Source: Cyanophora paradoxa CCMP329 (lineage: Eukaryota; Plantae; Glaucophyta). Taken from it: a stretch of DNA of 64,000 bases. Shown here piece after piece: positions 63,489 to 64,000 of the stretch. The stretch is from the NCBI GenBank assembly GCA_004431415.1, contig QPMI01000709.1, forward strand, positions 1 through 64,000, in the 5' to 3' direction. Numbering within the stretch: position 1 is the stretch's first letter; every line of letters begins with the position of its first letter. A program made the position numbers and the translations under genes. The notes beneath the pieces are model-generated. The model had not been told where the DNA came from, did no database searches, and saw only the letters and a program-made list of their open reading frames with translations.

Positions 63489-64000
63489 TCAGCCGCTTGT
63501 TGCGCCGATCCGCGCGGGCGCTACATGCCGGCGAGGACGAGCCAGGCGGCGTCTGGGTTGGCGTCGGCGATGTGCCGCACCGCGTGCCGCAGCGCCGGCT
63601 GCAGCGCCGCGCTCCGTATGCTCCCGATCTCCGCCAGCAGCGCCTGCGGGGGAGGGGGTTACGCCGGTTCGGGCGGGGCAGGGGCTAAGGCCGCGCGCGG
63701 CGGGGCGCGCCATGTTGGACTTGATGAGGGCGGGCTGCACGCGGGCGACCGTCGCGCAGAGGCAGAGGGCCGCCTCGAGCACGCGCTCGCACTGCTGGTC
63801 CGTCCACCGCTCCTCGCGACCGGCGGCGGCGGCGCCGGGGGGCCCCTTGGGGCGGTCGAGGCGGAGGTCGAGGGAGGCGGGGGCGGCGGGGTGGGCGGCG
63901 AGGGCGCGGGCGATGAGGGGCACGAGGGCGGGGAGCAGCTGCCGCCGCATGCGGTCGGCGAGGAAGTCGCCGCAGCAGACCGCCATCCCCTCCAGCGTCT
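63489..64000 (-). CDS. TTI1: TTI1-like protein, C-terminal end (gene continues beyond the window)
   Basis: CCGDFLADRMRRQLLP and IADANPDAAWLVL resemble TTI1 C-terminal motifs. Confidence 0.55.
   Translation of the reverse strand, partial: TLEGMAVCCGDFLADRMRRQLLPALVPLIARALAAHPAAPASLDLRLDRPKGPPGAAAAGREERWTDQQCERVLEAALCLCATVARVQPALIKSNMARPAARGLSPCPARTGVTPSPAGAAGGDREHTERGAAAGAAARGAAHRRRQPRRRLARPRRHVAPARIGATSG

Overview
Eukaryotic nuclear DNA from a photosynthetic flagellate. A glaucophyte such as Cyanophora is my inference, from Phe-containing transit-peptide starts, nuclear cytochrome c6 and very GC-rich short introns. There are three compositional zones. (1) 1-4494 is AT-rich and intronless. 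It is the end of an integrated DNA virus, with a double-jelly-roll major capsid gene missing from the ORF track, two penton-like genes, terminal repeat arrays and a ~290-bp imperfect fold-back resembling a hairpin telomere. (2) 4495-~13150 has intermediate GC and is an intronless virus-like segment: a 5'-truncated UL9-like origin-binding helicase, a 121-bp hairpin array, a YqaJ exonuclease, an ORF split by a young non-autonomous LTR element (355-bp LTRs, TCTG target-site duplication) and a frameshifted GNAT-like gene. (3) ~13300-64000 is gene-dense host DNA: RPC1, alpha-kinase, PsbP-domain protein, mL50-like protein, F-box proteins, C2 protein, eIF3L, cytochrome c6, NOP53, PsbQ-like protein, CAP-G, CFAP46 and TTI1, with many GC-AG introns. 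The strongest finds are these. An RPC1 intron holds a CRISPR-looking array that reads as 10 box C/D snoRNA copies antisense to 18S rRNA (Am100-type site), and a second RPC1 intron holds a snoRNA antisense to LSU helix 69 (Am2256-type site). The left end is a nested virus/virus/LTR structure joined at an apparent hairpin terminus. All calls are by eye with no searches run, and host exon boundaries are approximate.
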